64,000 bases of DNA from Eledone cirrhosa (lineage: Eukaryota). The first letter of the stretch is position 1. Every line of letters begins with the position of its first letter. Position numbers and translations under genes: made by a program. The notes under the pieces are model-generated. The model searched no databases and was not told where the DNA came from. It saw only the letters and a list, made by a program, of their open reading frames with translations. The DNA lies in NCBI GenBank assembly GCA_964016885.1, contig OZ024743.1, positions 1,178,001 through 1,242,000 on the forward strand, given 5' to 3'. Positions 1 through 16,364 of the stretch are shown piece by piece.

Positions 1-99
1 AGATATTTTTTAAAGTGAGGAAAGACTGTGCACTGAGCCAATCCCACTCTCTGAGAGACAGTAGCTATAACCCGAAAAGAAGAAAAGATCAACATCATC

Positions 100-941
100 G
101 GTAACTACTGAGCCGCAGGTTTTATATCGGAGTTATCCCAGTTTCCTGAGTTGCCTTCTCCTAGAAGAATGCCCTGACAAAGGCTAGGGGTCCTTCACTC
201 CCAGTGGTTTAACCGCGCGGTACATGTGTATATACATATTTACACACTTTTGGATGGCTGTTGACTCTAATGTCTTCTTCCGCCCTTTGTCAGGTTTTGC
301 TTTTTGTCCTGCAGGGTGTCCAAAATCACCCTCCTAACAAAGTAAACTTGGTGGGGTTGCCGGTTTAGTCGTCCACGACCCGATCATGCAACAGGTTGTA
401 CTGGGTTACATGTTACCAGTAGCACTCAAGAGTGACCCGACATACATATATACATACATACATGCATGCATCCATCCATCCATCCATACATCCATCCATC
501 CATCCATCCATACATACATACATGCATACATACATGGTGGCTGCCAACTCGTTTTCGAGTACGGCCACTACTTTATATCCATGTAGGAGAACCCCTACCG
601 AAGCGCTGAACGAGTGTGACTTTTTAGTCCAGCCAGCGACTTGAAAACTCTGGTACAAATACTACACTTGTGACAATTATTGACACATAGTGCTGGGCCC
701 ATGGTACCATGTGAGGACAAGTGCAGAGAGATCTCCAGATATAAAGCAATGCCTGTGCCGTGAAGCTTTTATAGTGAGCAAAGGCACTGCACAAAGCCAG
801 TCCCACTCTCTTAACCAAGATGATATTTACCAAAAAGAAGAACAAGTCAACATCATTGGATACCATCAGGGTTGCAGGTGTTATATCAGAGTTTTCCTTC
901 TCCTAGAATTCTGCCTTGACAAATGCTAAGGGGTCATCTCT
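100..941 (-). mobile_element. Non-autonomous repeat resembling an RTE-clade LINE 5' UTR, interrupted by (CATA/CATC)n
   Basis: Near-identical blocks recur at 50651-51262 and diverged at ~49140-49480. The minus strand carries CTAGGAGAAGGAAAACTCTGA, which I recall from RTE-type 5' UTRs (not searched). Confidence 0.5.
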
Positions 942-1126
<185 letters not shown>

Positions 1127-1759
1127 ATGTAGAGAGAGGGGGAGACCTCGTGATGTATGCCTTTCCATGTGTGTACATAATGTGGGTGGATGAAAATAAA
1201 TTTTCAAAAACTTCTATAAATTTTGCTGATAATTACTGCTTTAATTAATCCTAATTAAGATCATCAATTGAATGCTATCAAAACTTCTTTGAAATTTGAT
1301 CCACGTGGATTTACATGTTTTATCTGAAATAAAACTGGATAACGTTTATTCATATGACTGGGTAACATACCTACCCAAATATAAATCGTATTCATCCGTC
1401 TAAATCATAATTAAACTAAGCTGCTTATTACATGCCTTAAGTAACAACATAAATATAAAACTGTACAGAATCAATGTTAAAATTTCGCAAACTCTGGTAA
1501 TATGTACAAAATTAGAATGATTTCAATAGTCTTAAATTCATTACATTATGTTACTACCGAAAGTATTTTGCATACCGTATGTACGTGCATTGCTTTTTAT
1601 ATTGTTTTTTTTTAGGTTTCTATTGTATTCAAATTCCTACATAATATATATGCTGCACATATGTGTTCGACGTGGGCTTTGGTTATGTAGTTTTAATTAT
1701 TCCAAAGACACCTACGATAAGAAGCCTTGTTTAATTGTTACTTCTATTGTTCGATCATT

Positions 1760-1860
1760 CCGAGGTTAACTTTGTCTTTCATCCTCATGGGGTCGATAAA
1801 ATAAAGTACCAGTAATATACTGGGTAATTGCTGGCCTTGTGCCAAAAGTAGAAACAATTA
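1760..1860 (+). mobile_element. SINE 3'/core fragment
   Basis: GTTAACTTTG(T/C)CTTTCATCC...GGGGTCGATAAAATAAAGTACCAGT is shared with 19130-19250, 30108-30300 and 42940-43157 (-). Confidence 0.7.
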
Positions 1861-1881
1861 TCTATATATATAAACTTTTGT

Positions 1882-1948
<67 letters not shown>

Positions 1949-2190
1949 TCATTTTTGCTAAGTCTATACAAATCCACATTTCTACTCCGATTGACTTCAA
2001 ACTTACATTTATGTATTCCTTGCGGTCTAAAGATACTAACTGCAGCTTTGATTTTTATATTTTCTGGTGTTAAAGGGGTGTTAGGCGCCGGTTATCGATC
2101 TCCGTCGAGCCCTTATAATATCTGTCTGTATGTCTGGCTGTTAGTAAAACGGCATTCTGACGAACATTTCATTGCTGACGTATTATCTTC
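1861..2190 (+). mobile_element. Helitron-type non-autonomous element, 5' part
   Basis: Starts A|TCTATATATATAAA. The internal block CCCTTATAATA(A)TCTGTCTGTATGTCTGGCTG is shared with ~5710-5742 and ~6436-6468. Confidence 0.5.
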
Positions 2191-2285
2191 GCTACATTCA
2201 CACACATACACATATACATATATACTTATATATACATATATATATACACATATATACATATACACACACATATATACACATATAC

Positions 2286-2380
<95 letters not shown>

Positions 2381-2489
2381 CACATATATACACATATATA
2401 GATATACACATATACATATATATAAATATACACATAAAAATATATGTATATATATATACACACACACACATATATATATATGCATACAT

Positions 2490-2555
<66 letters not shown>

Positions 2556-2564
2556 CTGTATATA

Positions 2565-2997
2565 TGTATAAATATTTCGTATCTCCAAAGAAATACGGTT
2601 TTAGGAAGCCGTAGCTATGCATTCACCGGGGGGCTAACGCCCTCTGGTGATATCCAGCAGAAGCAAGGCGGACAACCGTCTATGCATTTCAGGCTTAACT
2701 GGCCTTCGTGAGGACGGTCCCACCCACCGCTTGCCACTGCTGGACTAGAAGACAGCCGAGAAAATATACTTTTCTCGACTGTGTAAATGAGGTTATTAAT
2801 CTCATTTGTATATGAAGCTGCATAAGTTGGCTCAACTTGGACCGTCCTGACGAAGGCCAGTTAAGCCTGAAATGCATAGACGGTTGTTCCCCTTGCTTCT
2901 GCTGGACATCACCAGAGGGCGTTAGCCCCCCGGTGTTTGCATAGCTACGGCTTCATAAAACCTTATTTCCTTGGAGATACGAAATATTTATACATAT
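2565..2997. repeat. Fold-back mini-element, ~155-bp inverted arms with a ~120-bp spacer, in (TA)n
   Basis: 2565-2720 is the reverse complement of ~2839-2997, and each arm carries a hammerhead motif. Confidence 0.9.
2842..2883 (+). ncRNA. Type I hammerhead ribozyme (minimal stem III)
   Basis: CCGTC-CTGACGA-AGGC cagttaa GCCT-GAAA-TGCA-TA|GACGG. Stems I and II pair, stem III is the palindrome ATGCAT and the site is AUA. The inverted copy at 2676-2717 has the mutated core CTCACGA. Confidence 0.85.
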
Positions 2998-3030
2998 TGT
3001 ATAAAGCTATGCTTGAAGTGAAATCCTATT

Positions 3031-3105
<75 letters not shown>

Positions 3106-3356
3106 TACATTGTAGGTCGCTTTAACCCGTCTTTTATTATTCAAAAAACTTCTTGCCAATAAACATTGACACTTTGTGCGCCATTCATCTAACTGTAGAC
3201 CAACAAATACCAAGTAAACGGAGCGTTGACAAGAACGATGGCGAATGAATCTTCAAGGTAAGCAGTTTCCTCCCGAGCTGTTAGTTCACACGGGATTCTC
3301 TGCTACACCTTTTCGTAATAATACCGAACAAAAGCCGTACAAAGCATCTCTCTCTC

Positions 3357-3520
3357 TCGACGGCTATTTCTGGACTCAGAGTCCAGAAATAGCCGTCGAA
3401 ACGGCTTGAGCTCGGCCGTCGGGGTCATTCTTTTTCCTATACCCACTCTACTATCCTAAGTATTGAGTACTCTGGTGCGTTATGCTCCATCTGGTTCCTT
3501 ACCACAATTCCTTCGTTATG
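3357..3520 (+). mobile_element. Family B hammerhead-tail fragment with a short 5' fold-back
   Basis: Matches 40100-40240, 37935-38016, 38062-38120 (-) and 41040-41235. Retains GAAAC-GGC...GCC-GTC|GGGGT, the 3' half of the ribozyme. Confidence 0.75.
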
Positions 3521-3621
3521 TATATATATATATAGTTGGCACCCTTAACTCACAGTTGGGTGCGGATGCATTCATGTATATATGTGTGTGTCCGCATGTA
3601 TCTGTGTGTTTCTAAATATAT

Positions 3622-4121
3622 TGTTAATAACTCCCTCTGGTCGAGCAATCTTTGAGGTGTGGGGACAACTGGAAAGCTTCCATTACTCATACTTCTAGCC
3701 TTCTTCACCACCTCTTCTGCGGCCTCGATATGAATACCCCCTCCGCCTCCGTGGTATTTTCTTCGTGGTTATAAGAGGCTTAGCTCTGTTTCTCGACCGT
3801 TATATCGCGTGACTATCTCCCCCTCCGCCTTTTGGGATTCTTTCTCACGTCGTGTAGACGCGTTCTTGAGACTAGTAAAATGAGGTATCCTCTTGATAAG
3901 TCGGCAGACCTCGCAGGGACTCTATATCTTTATGATATATTGTTTTTGTTTATGCCACGAAACTACGTAGTCGAGGAATTTAGGAGCAGTTTAGGTATGA
4001 TACATTTTATTACTAATTATATCTAAATGTTTCTTCTCTCTTCATAATGTATTTTTAACTCTGATACTGGTTCAGTCTAGTTCAACTGAATTGGTCTGTC
4101 CCGGTCATTCATTGAGCAACA
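3622..4121. mobile_element. Possible solo LTR (500 bp, TGTT...AACA)
   Basis: Terminal TGTT/AACA and composition differing from the flanks. No TSD seen. Bracketed by an ~88-bp direct repeat (3535-3622 / 4129-4216). Confidence 0.3.
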
Positions 4122-4210
4122 TCGGTGAAGTTGGCACCCTTAACTCACAGTTGGGTGCGGATGCATTCATGTATATATGTGTGTGTCCGCATGTATCTGT
4201 GTGTTTCTAA

Positions 4211-4320
<110 letters not shown>

Positions 4321-4397
4321 ATAAGAACAGATTAAAATTTAAGCAAAGAATCGCTGCTTTCAACATTAACGGGATCTTCTGAAAATAAAAAAATGTT

Positions 4398-4759
4398 ATC
4401 TGTGAACGCAGAAGTAAATATTTCGAGAAACGTTGCAACCGAAAGAAAACAGGAAGACGATATTTTGGTTCGTAAAAACGTTCCCTGGCAATTTACTGAA
4501 AAAAGGTAGGAAAATACGTCGTACAATTTCATGCAAAGACAAGACCAAGTTTATGGTATAAATGGAGTCGTTAGACTAATATTCTATTTAAAATAACAGA
4601 ACAATTTCCAGCCCCAGAGTTTAAGAATGATGTAAATAAAATTGAAAACGAAAATGACAGAGGTTATTAAGATAGTAAAAGTAAATAGTGAAGATTTAGG
4701 CCAGTACATACGTATGACCTGAAGGACATACACATACATATACATACGCACACACAAAT

Positions 4760-4834
<75 letters not shown>

Positions 4835-5287
4835 CACGCGCGTGTGTGTGTGTGTGTAAACCTTATACATTTTACAGTATTTTCACCAAAGTTAAGATAT
4901 AGATTACTTATGTACTCCGGATGGTCATGGGCACTTTCATTTTAACAGATATTGATTATAGGGCCTCCCGGCAGATAAACCACTTCAACCGCTTCCTTGG
5001 AGTCGACTGAAGCACTGCAGTGCAATGCAACAAAACGTCATAACTTCTGGAGTTCGCAACCGATTTTCACAAAATTTGACACATGGGCTACGTTTGTTCT
5101 ACAGATGAATGTGAACTCTCAGAATTTGCACATATTGCGTAGGGGACCCCTGGTGGCAGGAACCCTCTGTTGGAAAAAGCCGATGGTTTTGTAAAAGTAT
5201 AGTTTTCGAAGCAGCACTGAAATATTGACATAAATGGTATACATAACTGGTATTTAATACCCGAGCAACGCCGGGTACCTCTGCTAG
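4398..5287 (+). mobile_element. Helitron-type element, 3' part
   Basis: Ends CCCGAGCAACGCCGGG-TACCTCTG-CTAG|T (subterminal hairpin plus CTAG). Collinear with ~12789-13646. Confidence 0.75.
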
Positions 5288-5811
5288 TACTTTGCAAATT
5301 TCTGCATTTCTTTTTGAAATACACTGCTGTCTTTCGTCGACTAGGTAGATGAAAGGACAACAGCAGATGTGTGTGTGTGTGTGTCTGTACTGTAAGGCTT
5401 ATAGTATATATATATAAATATATTAATAAAGCTGACGGCCGTATGTATGTAACAAACTTTTCGCCAAACGGCTGGCCCAAATGGCACCAAATTTGCACCA
5501 TAGATATAACTTTTTCCAAGTAAGAAAGTGAGCGTATTTTTGTCTACTAAATTTCGTTAAAAGATTAAAGATATTTTATTGTTTATTTAAATATTCACTT
5601 CTTTAATTTTTCAAATGTCAATACTTCCGGTTAGCGATCACTTATACGACATTCCTCTCTCTCTTTCTTAGTCTGTCTTTTTAGTTAGATACATAGCTAT
5701 AACGTCGCGCGCTTATAATATGTCTCTGTATGTCTGGCTGTCTGCATTATAAAAACCATTCTGTACATTGAATTCGCTATCTGTGTGTGTGTGTGTGTGT
5801 ATGTATATATA

Positions 5812-5844
<33 letters not shown>

Positions 5845-5891
5845 TGAGATTCTACAGGACTAGAACTGTTTCATTCATTAGAAATCATCAG

Positions 5892-5940
5892 GATTCCTGA
5901 TGATTTCTAATGAATGAAACAGTTCTAGTCCTGTAGAATC
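5892..5940 (+). ncRNA. Type I hammerhead ribozyme (family A)
   Basis: GATTC-CTGATGA-TTTC taat GAAT-GAAAC-AG ttctagtc CT-GTA|GAATC. Lies in a palindrome at ~5839-5950 centred on 5894. Confidence 0.85.
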
Positions 5941-6114
5941 TCATCTATATTAAAACTGTTATACTCTGCTATGTATTGAGTACCTTACTTACTGTGGTTA
6001 CCTCCGATTCAACCCGGAATAACGTATATATATATATATATATATATAGTTTTAGTATCATAAATAAGGGACAGTTTAATTTATACATTTTATTACCGCA
6101 TTCCTGTATATGTG

Positions 6115-6180
<66 letters not shown>

Positions 6181-6213
6181 ATTATATATGCGTGTACATA
6201 TTTTCAACAGTAA

Positions 6214-7359
<1,146 letters not shown>

Positions 7360-8043
7360 TACTATACTATATATTTTCAACAGTGATACTATACTGTACT
7401 ATATATTTTCAACACTAATACTATATATTTTTAACAGTAATACGGTACTATATATTTTCAACAGTAATACTATACTATATATGTTCAACAGTAATACTAT
7501 ACTATATATTTTCAACAGTAATACTATACTATATATGTTCAACAGTAATACTATACTATATATTTTCAACAGTAATACTATACTATATATTTTCAACAGT
7601 AATACTATACTATATATTTTCAACAGTAATACTATACTATATATTTTCAACAGTAATACTATACTATATATGTTCAACAGTAATACTATACTATATATTT
7701 TCAACAGTAATACTATACTATATGTTTTCAACAGTAATACTATACTATATATTTTCAACAGTAATACTATACTATATATGTTCAACAGTAATACTATACT
7801 ATATATTTTCAACAGTAATACTATACTATATATTTTCAACAGTAATACTATACTATATATTTTCAACAGTAATACTATACTATATATGTTCAACAGTAAT
7901 ACTATACTATATATTTTCAACAGTAATACTATACTATATATTTTAAACAGTAATACTGTACTATATATGTTCAACAGTAATACTATACTATATATGTTCA
8001 ACAGTAATACTATACTATATGTTTTCAACAGTAATACTATACT
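7360..8043. repeat. 27-bp minisatellite, ~25 copies
   Basis: Unit TACTATACTATATAT(T/G)TTCAACAGTAA. It produces the spurious repetitive ORFs 7399-8083. Confidence 0.97.
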
Positions 8044-10129
8044 ACACAGACGGCTTATCGTCTGTTTATCCAAGCGAATCTAGTTACGTCAGCTATATAT
8101 ATATATCTGGATGCCGTAGAACACGTCAATGGTAGCCGGGCGCCAGCCGGACGGGCCAGCTAGTAGATATATAATTATATATATATGAATCACTATCTCT
8201 TTACGGACATCTGACGCTGCACACCAGGTCCGAACACAGAAGATCCGAACTCCCACAGTGAGCGCCTCCATCTCTCTCGGCCTCCCCATGTCTCTGTATT
8301 ATTAGAAAATGGGATCCCACGTGCTGGCCGTCCCACGGCCCCGGTGGACAGAATGGAGAAGGCATTTCCCCGATGAAGGGTAAGGAAGATGCGCTGGAAG
8401 AGGCATTCCATCTCGCAAGGCTCCCACCTGCGTCTAACCAGCTCAGCGCCTATGGTGGTAAGTAGGGGAGTAACCCTCTTGAGATTAACACTTCATTGTC
8501 TGGAGTCACTTCTATTCCTGCTCATCTTTGACAATAATATTAGGTTGATTTATGTTGATCTTCTTAACTCTGTGAATTTAATAATGGTCGTCTCCTCTAT
8601 CCAAGCGTCCGTCTATGATGTATATTTATAAAATTTTTATCCTAGCAGTATGTCATAATACTGGCTATTATTGTTTTCTAATTTCATGGGAGGTTCTTTT
8701 GCACCGCATGGGCACCTTTGTGTTTCTGAACAGTGTGTACTAATGTATTTTGGGAGTTGTAAAATTATGACGGAAAACTACTAGTTCGGCTTTGTTGTTT
8801 TGTGCTGCCGTTCTTGTTTGTGTATTTCTTTATTGTTTCGTCAGTTTGTGTTGTATAATATGTCTTATGTGAGATGTTATAATTTGTTGGGTGGTGAGTG
8901 TTATTAGTATGTTTTGGGTGAGGTCTATTATATATTTTACTGTCAAGTAGAGATCTGGTTTTGTTATATTATTGGATGGTACGTGTGTAGAATATGATAT
9001 GTGCAAGTTGTTGTTGGGCCAGATGGTTTATCTTATAGTGTATTGATTATGTAAGAGAATGTGTTATTTCTGCATATTATGTTGTGTGATGGGTGTTATT
9101 TTATTGTGTGATGACTGCGTGGAGCATATCTTGAGTTGTGTAAAATATGTACTGTGTTCGCTGTGCTATTGAAGTGACTGGCGTAGGATCTGACCCGTTT
9201 TTAGCAGGGATGTTTTTTCATTGTGAAATTATTTGAAAAATTAAGGAAAGACACCGAGCCCCAGTGAGGAGAATGGAAACAACTTTCATTGCTGAATGAT
9301 CTGCTAGTGGTCATACATGGCAGAAAACGATGTGATTTGAACTCAGGTCACACCCATCCGCATCAAATACTACAAAGCATTGATCCGACAGTTTAATGAT
9401 GCGACCAATCCACTGCACTAGACCAGTATTATATATATTCGACCGCAAATAGTTAAATTTAGAGCTGTTATGAATTTAGAGTGCAGGGAGGCGAAACAAA
9501 TACCAAAGCATTCAATTCGACGCCGTAGCAACTGTGCCAATTCCCCGCTGATATTTGATATTCCTGTTTATTTGTATGTCTTTGCTCATGCTTTCTTTAT
9601 CATACTCAGTGCTGTCAATATTAGTGTTACTGTTTCTACTCTCGTTACAGATATGATGCTTATGTTTCTTTCAAGATCCTCGTACTTACAGATTCTATCC
9701 TGGTGGAAGATTTATATCTGTGTAAGGAGTTGTTTTTTGTTTTTTTTCATTCTTAACGTTGCTAATTATATCAGGATAGTTTGCTTTCTGGGCAAATGTA
9801 TTCCAGATTAATTTGATCAAACGTTTGCTCTGTTAAGTTTGACTTAAGGTTAATCAAGAATGATAAAAAGAACATGCTGCAAACTACAAACAATCGATAC
9901 CAACAGTGTTGCCTCACAGCAAAGCAGCCTCTTGTTTACCAGAGGCAGAATATCGACCCAAGATCACATTTCAGTGTAGCATTGAATTAATAGACCCCGC
10001 AGTATCAAAGCATCCACTAGACAATATGAATTGTCGTTAAAACAAGATCCTTTCACAATACAACCTCAGGTACGGAGCTTACTTCTGAACACCAACACAA
10101 TCATGTGCAATATTTTGAAGGAAATAGAA

Positions 10130-10419
10130 CAGGCATGGGAAACCTTTTTCGAGAAGCGGACCGCCTGAGATATGATTCATCATCAGGCAGGCCGCAAGCG
10201 CTAGTTTACATTCGTGCCCACATTAAAAAAAGGGTGGTGACTCAGGTTGTTTTAATTTGTTTCTTCAGAGTTCGTACACGTTGTTTTTATCGGTCGTAAA
10301 AATGATAGTAAGATAAGTTATGACTGAAAAGTTGGGGTAAAACAATAAGAGAGATTTCACTTAGGTGACTTAGGCGAGCCATTCAGAAATCTTCACGGGC
10401 CGCAGGTTGCCCATGATTG
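10130..10419. mobile_element. hAT-type MITE
   Basis: Imperfect TIRs CAGGCATGGGAAAC / GTTGCCCATGATTG. 8-bp TSD-like flanks AAATAGAA / ACATAGAA. Confidence 0.7.
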
Positions 10420-11187
10420 ACATAGAACTTCGAACAATATAACTTGCAGTGGTGGGCAAGTTAAGAAAGATGTGAAAAAGATCCCCAAAACCGAAGGTCT
10501 TTGTCACCAAATATTTATCCAGATTTCCACAGTGGTTCAAACCTGAGATGTATATTGGCAAAATATCAAATATTTAATTCATTGTTCCACTACTGGAAAA
10601 TGCCCATGAATTCTGTTACAACGCCACATACCCATATGGTGCTTTGTAAGGTACAAACAGATGAATACAAATGAATATTGCTCATTATCTCGCCAAGGTA
10701 AACAATCACAAAGTCAATGACAGCTTACACCGATAACCTATTGACGAGTTTCCACTTACACCATATTGTCTCGGTTTTTGTTGCTTTCTATTTACTTAAC
10801 TGAGATTTAATACAGCAGGTCTATAATTAGAAATCACAAAACAGATGCTATGGTGCTAGTTCCAGTATTTCAGTAACCATAGATTACGAACCGAGTAAAA
10901 TTACGAAATATTGCTTTAATTGACATAAAAACTGAAATGTTATATGAACATATACATCACTAATAGAGAGCGTGATTTTGAGTAATCCAGTGTCTTATAT
11001 TACCGCCCCAAAACGTACACGCTCGGAAATAGTTTACATGCCTACTAGTGTTGCATTTCCCCTTATCTTCCTACTTTCAACAGTCATTATCTGCCCATAA
11101 TATCTGAAACGAACAAAGAGAAATATATTTGTCTGCACAGTCACTCTCCCTCTCTCTCTCTCTTTCTCCCCCACTTCCTGTATCTCT

Positions 11188-11241
<54 letters not shown>

Positions 11242-11319
11242 GCATACATATATGCACAAACACACACACTCATACATACACACAAAAATACATATGCATA
11301 TTATATATATATATCTCTC

Positions 11320-11396
<77 letters not shown>

Positions 11397-11727
11397 CGTA
11401 CGTGAGTGTGAATGTGTTCGTGTATGTCTCTGTGTATGTAACTGCGTCTTTGAATACATTAGCTGGTGAATTGCTGGAATCGTCCGACAAAAAGAAGTTT
11501 GTTTCCTCGTTTTACCTGTTGGGCAGAGCCTTGCATTTGCACGGGGACCGAGATGTATAAGGTACTGAATGACTCTTCGTGAGGTGGAAGAGCATATTTT
11601 CTATATGGGCAACAGCTGCGTTTAGTAAAAAAATCCTTGCACAGGCATGCGTCTCGGGGAAAAACTTTCCAGTAGCAGATACTTGTTGAAACCTAAACGA
11701 TGGAGTCCTGATATATATATATATATA

Positions 11728-12550
11728 ATCATATTTTTTATTTGTTTGACCCGAATTATTTGGTCGTCTCTATGGCTATGCGGATAATGGTTTAACCATC
11801 GTCTCAGTGTGTTTGACCGTTTAACGTATGTTGTAGCACTGGTTCGTTAGAATTTATTAAGCGCTTGCCACACATCTCGGAAGTTGTTTTTCGCTAATTT
11901 CCAAAGCCGAAATACGATTCTCGCTAATTTATATTTGTATTAATCTCCAGAGTCTAGCTATTGACCAGTTAATTTTCTTGATTTTTTTTTTTTTGATTCT
12001 ATTGACTGATGAATAGCTTTTGTTAACTTTAAAACCATTCTGTTGAGAACTTAATTCGTTTTGTGATATTTTGCAATTTTGCAATAATATACACATACTG
12101 AATTCACCCGCCAAAAATAAGGGTTGCCTCCCTTGTCGAGCCCAACGTGGGTATTGGTAACGGTCAATCCTTGGCCTGGCACTTGAACTAAAAGCCTGAT
12201 GAGAAAGTGACGTCCTTGTTCAATCATCTTACCAAAAGCTTAACATTATTTGTCTAAGCGGAGAGTACTTGATTTAGGAGTCGCAGAAACCCAAATGCTG
12301 GACTTTCACCAACCATCCGGGGGTCCGGGTAAATTTTTCAATCATATTTTTTTATTTGTTTGACCCGATTTACTTGGTCGTTTCTATGGGTGTGCGGATA
12401 ATGGTTTAACCATCGTCTCAGTGTGTTTGGCCTTTTAACGTATGTTGTAGCTCTGGTTCGTTAGAATTTATTGAGCGCTTGCCACACATCTCGGAAGTTG
12501 TTTTTCGCTAATTACCAAAGCCGAAATACGATTCTCGCTAATTTATATTT
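11728..12550. repeat. Dispersed repeat in partial tandem arrangement, in (TA)n
   Basis: 11728-11943 repeats at ~12341-12550, and ~12060-12550 matches ~40270-40750. Confidence 0.8.
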
Positions 12551-12569
12551 ATATATATATATATATATA

Positions 12570-13645
12570 TCAACTATATAAATTGGAAGTGGTCGGACGT
12601 TGTATATTTAAGTAAGTAGGTGTACTCGGATAAACGTCGAAACGGCTTGGTAGAATGCAGCGAAAATTTACACAGTTATGCAGAATGACGTGAGGAGGCG
12701 TTGGGTCGACTTCCAAGCTACAAGCTTCCATGGTTACGGAGAAAATCGATGAAACGGGAATTTCCCATTCAAATTGAACTGACAGTAATCTGTGAACGCA
12801 GAAGTAAATATTTCGAGAAACGTTGCAACCGAAGAAAAACAGGAAGACAATATTTTGGTTCGTGAAGACGTTCCTTGGCAATGAACGGGAAAAAAGCGAG
12901 GATAATACGTCGTTATGTGGGCCAAGAAGAACAATTTCATGCAAAGACAAGACCAAGTTTATGGTATAAATGGAGTCGTTAGACTAATATTCTATTTAAA
13001 ATAACAGAATGTATTCCAGCCCGGGAGTTTAAGAATGGTGTAAATAAAATTGAAAACGAAAATGACAGAGGTTATTAAGATAGTAAAAGTAAATAGTGAA
13101 GATTTAGGCCAGTACATACGTATGACCTGAAGGACATACACATACATATACATACGCACACACAAATACATACACCCCCCCCCACACACACACACACACG
13201 CATGCGCGTATGTATAAACCTTATGAATTTCTACAGTATTTTCACCAAACTTAAAACATAGGTTACTTATGTACTCCGGATGGTCATAGGCACTTTCATT
13301 TTTCTAGATATTGATTATAGGGCCTCCCGGCAGATAACCCCCTTCAGCCACTTCCTTGGAGTCGACTGAAGCACTGCAGTGCAATGCAACAAAACGTCAT
13401 AACCTCTGGAGTTCGCAACCGATTTTCACAAAACTTGACACATGGGTTACGTTTGTCCTACAGATGAATGTGAACTCTCAGAATTGGCACATATTGAGTA
13501 GTGGACCCTTGGGGGCGGGAACCTCCTTTTGTAAAAAGCCGATGATTTTGTAAAAGTATAGTTTTCGAAGTACCACTGAAGTATTGACATAAATGTTATG
13601 CACAACTGCTATTTAATACCCGAGCAACGCCAGGTACCTCAGCTA

Positions 13646-13646
<1 letters not shown>
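12570..13646 (+). mobile_element. Helitron-type element
   Basis: Hairpin plus CTAG|T end at 13618-13647; collinear with 4398-5287. The 5' end is approximate. Confidence 0.7.
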
Positions 13647-13705
<59 letters not shown>

Positions 13706-13745
13706 CGTTTCTGAATTTGTTGGCAACATGACCCTCCCAAAGTAT

Positions 13746-13806
<61 letters not shown>

Positions 13807-14728
13807 TGCACACATACACACACATATATATATATATACATACATGCTTACAACGCCCCCCCTCCCCGCCGCACATATATATATTTATCAGATCGCCGTC
13901 ATTTAGGTTCTACCATGTCTATTCATTTGGAACTAAGACCCATGATCCATGACAGCAACTGTGAAAATCTGGGTAATGTGAGCATCTCTTACTTCTTCCT
14001 CTCTCTCACTCTCTTCCAATACACCTCTCTATATCAGTTAGCACCAAACTCTCCCTCTCTCTATATCTACTACACGGCAATCTCTTCCAATCTCCCTCTG
14101 TATCTCATTTTCATTGTTGACAACACATATATCCTTCCATACCATGAGATTCGTGCGTGTATATATGGGCAGTGGTATCACTAAATAACTCTAGCTGTAA
14201 CTGCATCTATCTATATTACGGCAATAAAAGCAACAACTATCTATCTATCTATTTTTCGATGAAGATAATTTTCTATATATCTACCTTCCTACCTGTAAAT
14301 TTATCTATACACCTGTCTGTATACATGCCTGTTTGTATTTCTATCTATATGTCCGACTATCCATCTATATCTATCTATTTATCTATATTTACCAATCCGA
14401 CTTTGGATAAAAACAAAAATAACTACAAGAGGGCACGAATTCCTGCAGCACCCCATTGAAAGATAGATATGTAGGAGGACTGAAACAATCGAAATTTAGT
14501 GAATATATATTTGATAATGATTAAGGAAAATATGGAAAAAGATTGGAATTAAATACGGCGATGACAATAGTTGCTAGAGGCAGTAGATCACAGAAAATTC
14601 GAAGATTCAAGCATCATTTCATAGAATGCTGTAATCTAGAAATTATTTAAAAAAATATATCTTAATATAAGCCCCGTCATTTTTCACGGATACTACACAA
14701 GTATATATATATTTATTTATTTAAGCGT

Positions 14729-14762
<34 letters not shown>

Positions 14763-14840
14763 TTTAAGCGATTAACCTAATATATTCCTTCCATATACTG
14801 TACCGATTGTGTTGTTATTTCTGATTACCTTTTACATATA

Positions 14841-14970
<130 letters not shown>

Positions 14971-16176
14971 GTATTTTGGGACACTTTATCGGTTCCGACA
15001 TCTTTTGATGTTACATTTTATTTTATACTTCAAATCGATAATAGTTTTTCTTTCATCGTGTATCCTGTTTCTAGTGATAGAAGGACTCTTTTATCATACC
15101 CTTCTGCGTTAACGCTTGACCTGTTAGAAGGCAAATAACATGTACACCCTTTTATATTAACACAATTAGAATATACGCATTGAATAACGTTTACTGGATA
15201 CTCTATGTGTAAATATTACGAGGGAAGTCAACATAGTGCTAAACAAGAAAAACAACAGCTTCTTGGGCCCAGTGATCCAGTTTCAACCAGTTAGAAATAA
15301 CAATCGCATGTTCCTCTCATGTCATTCTACCGCTTTTGAAATGAAAGATATATTATAATAGTTTCTGATTTAGGCACAAGGCCAACACATTGGAGGGTGG
15401 GGGGGTGAAAGTCTATTAAATCGAGCCCAGTGCATTACTGGTGCTTTATTAATGTACTGGGTTCGATTTAATCGACTTTCCCTTCCCACCAAAGTTGATT
15501 AAATCGTCTTGTACCTATGAAAAAAATGAGAGGGTCAGTAGAGAAATGATTTGTTCTTATGCTACCTGCTCGGTTGGGATTTGTCTGGAGTTAAACACCA
15601 CCACCATCAACAACAACAACAACAATTTGTTTTATTTCCCTTTCACATTCTAAACTGCTTCACACTGAAACTAGGTTACTTCTTACCCAAGTATAGATAT
15701 TCATGTCGCCGTTCTTATAAGATATATATTTCATGGTGTATTAGATCACCGAGCCATTTTCGGCTTTAAAAGACAAGGAAAACAGGTTCTCAGCGAGATA
15801 AATTTCAGAAGCCTGACCGAATTTGTTATGTTTTTTTCTCTATGTGTTGAGATGAGGTTCCTCTTCTTGTTTTTACTGTGTACAACTCAGCCTGTTAGGA
15901 AATCTAATATATCTGCAACTACATAATTCCTTTTCGCCAATTATCATAGCATGCTCCGCTTCCATTGTGCAACAATCATCTGTAATATTTAAAAAAATTA
16001 TTATCAAATCATATAATAGCAGCTAACTGCCTCTTTTCCCCTATTCCATCCCTCACATACCTTTGCGCCGGATTTCGTATCATTTTATGATTAACACCAA
16101 CAAGTTATACAACACATTGTTCATACAGTGGAAAGGCACACGAGCGGAAAGGGCTGGCGTGATTGGAATTTATATG

Positions 16177-16215
<39 letters not shown>

Positions 16216-16317
16216 AATAAATATATATATATATCTGTCTATCTAACTCCCTTTTTCAGTACAGACACACACGCACACATATATATTTATGTGCGTGTGT
16301 GTGTGTGTGTGTATGTA

Positions 16318-16364
<47 letters not shown>

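Noticed and set aside
7360-8083. CRISPR-like array or 200-aa repeat protein
   Set aside because: The 27-bp units are contiguous with no spacers and there are no cas genes; the ORFs arise because the unit length is divisible by 3.
11428-11460. [11 protein letters not shown] resembles histone H4 NVIRDAVTYTE
   Set aside because: Only 11 residues, with no similarity on either side, running into CA-rich repeat; probably chance.
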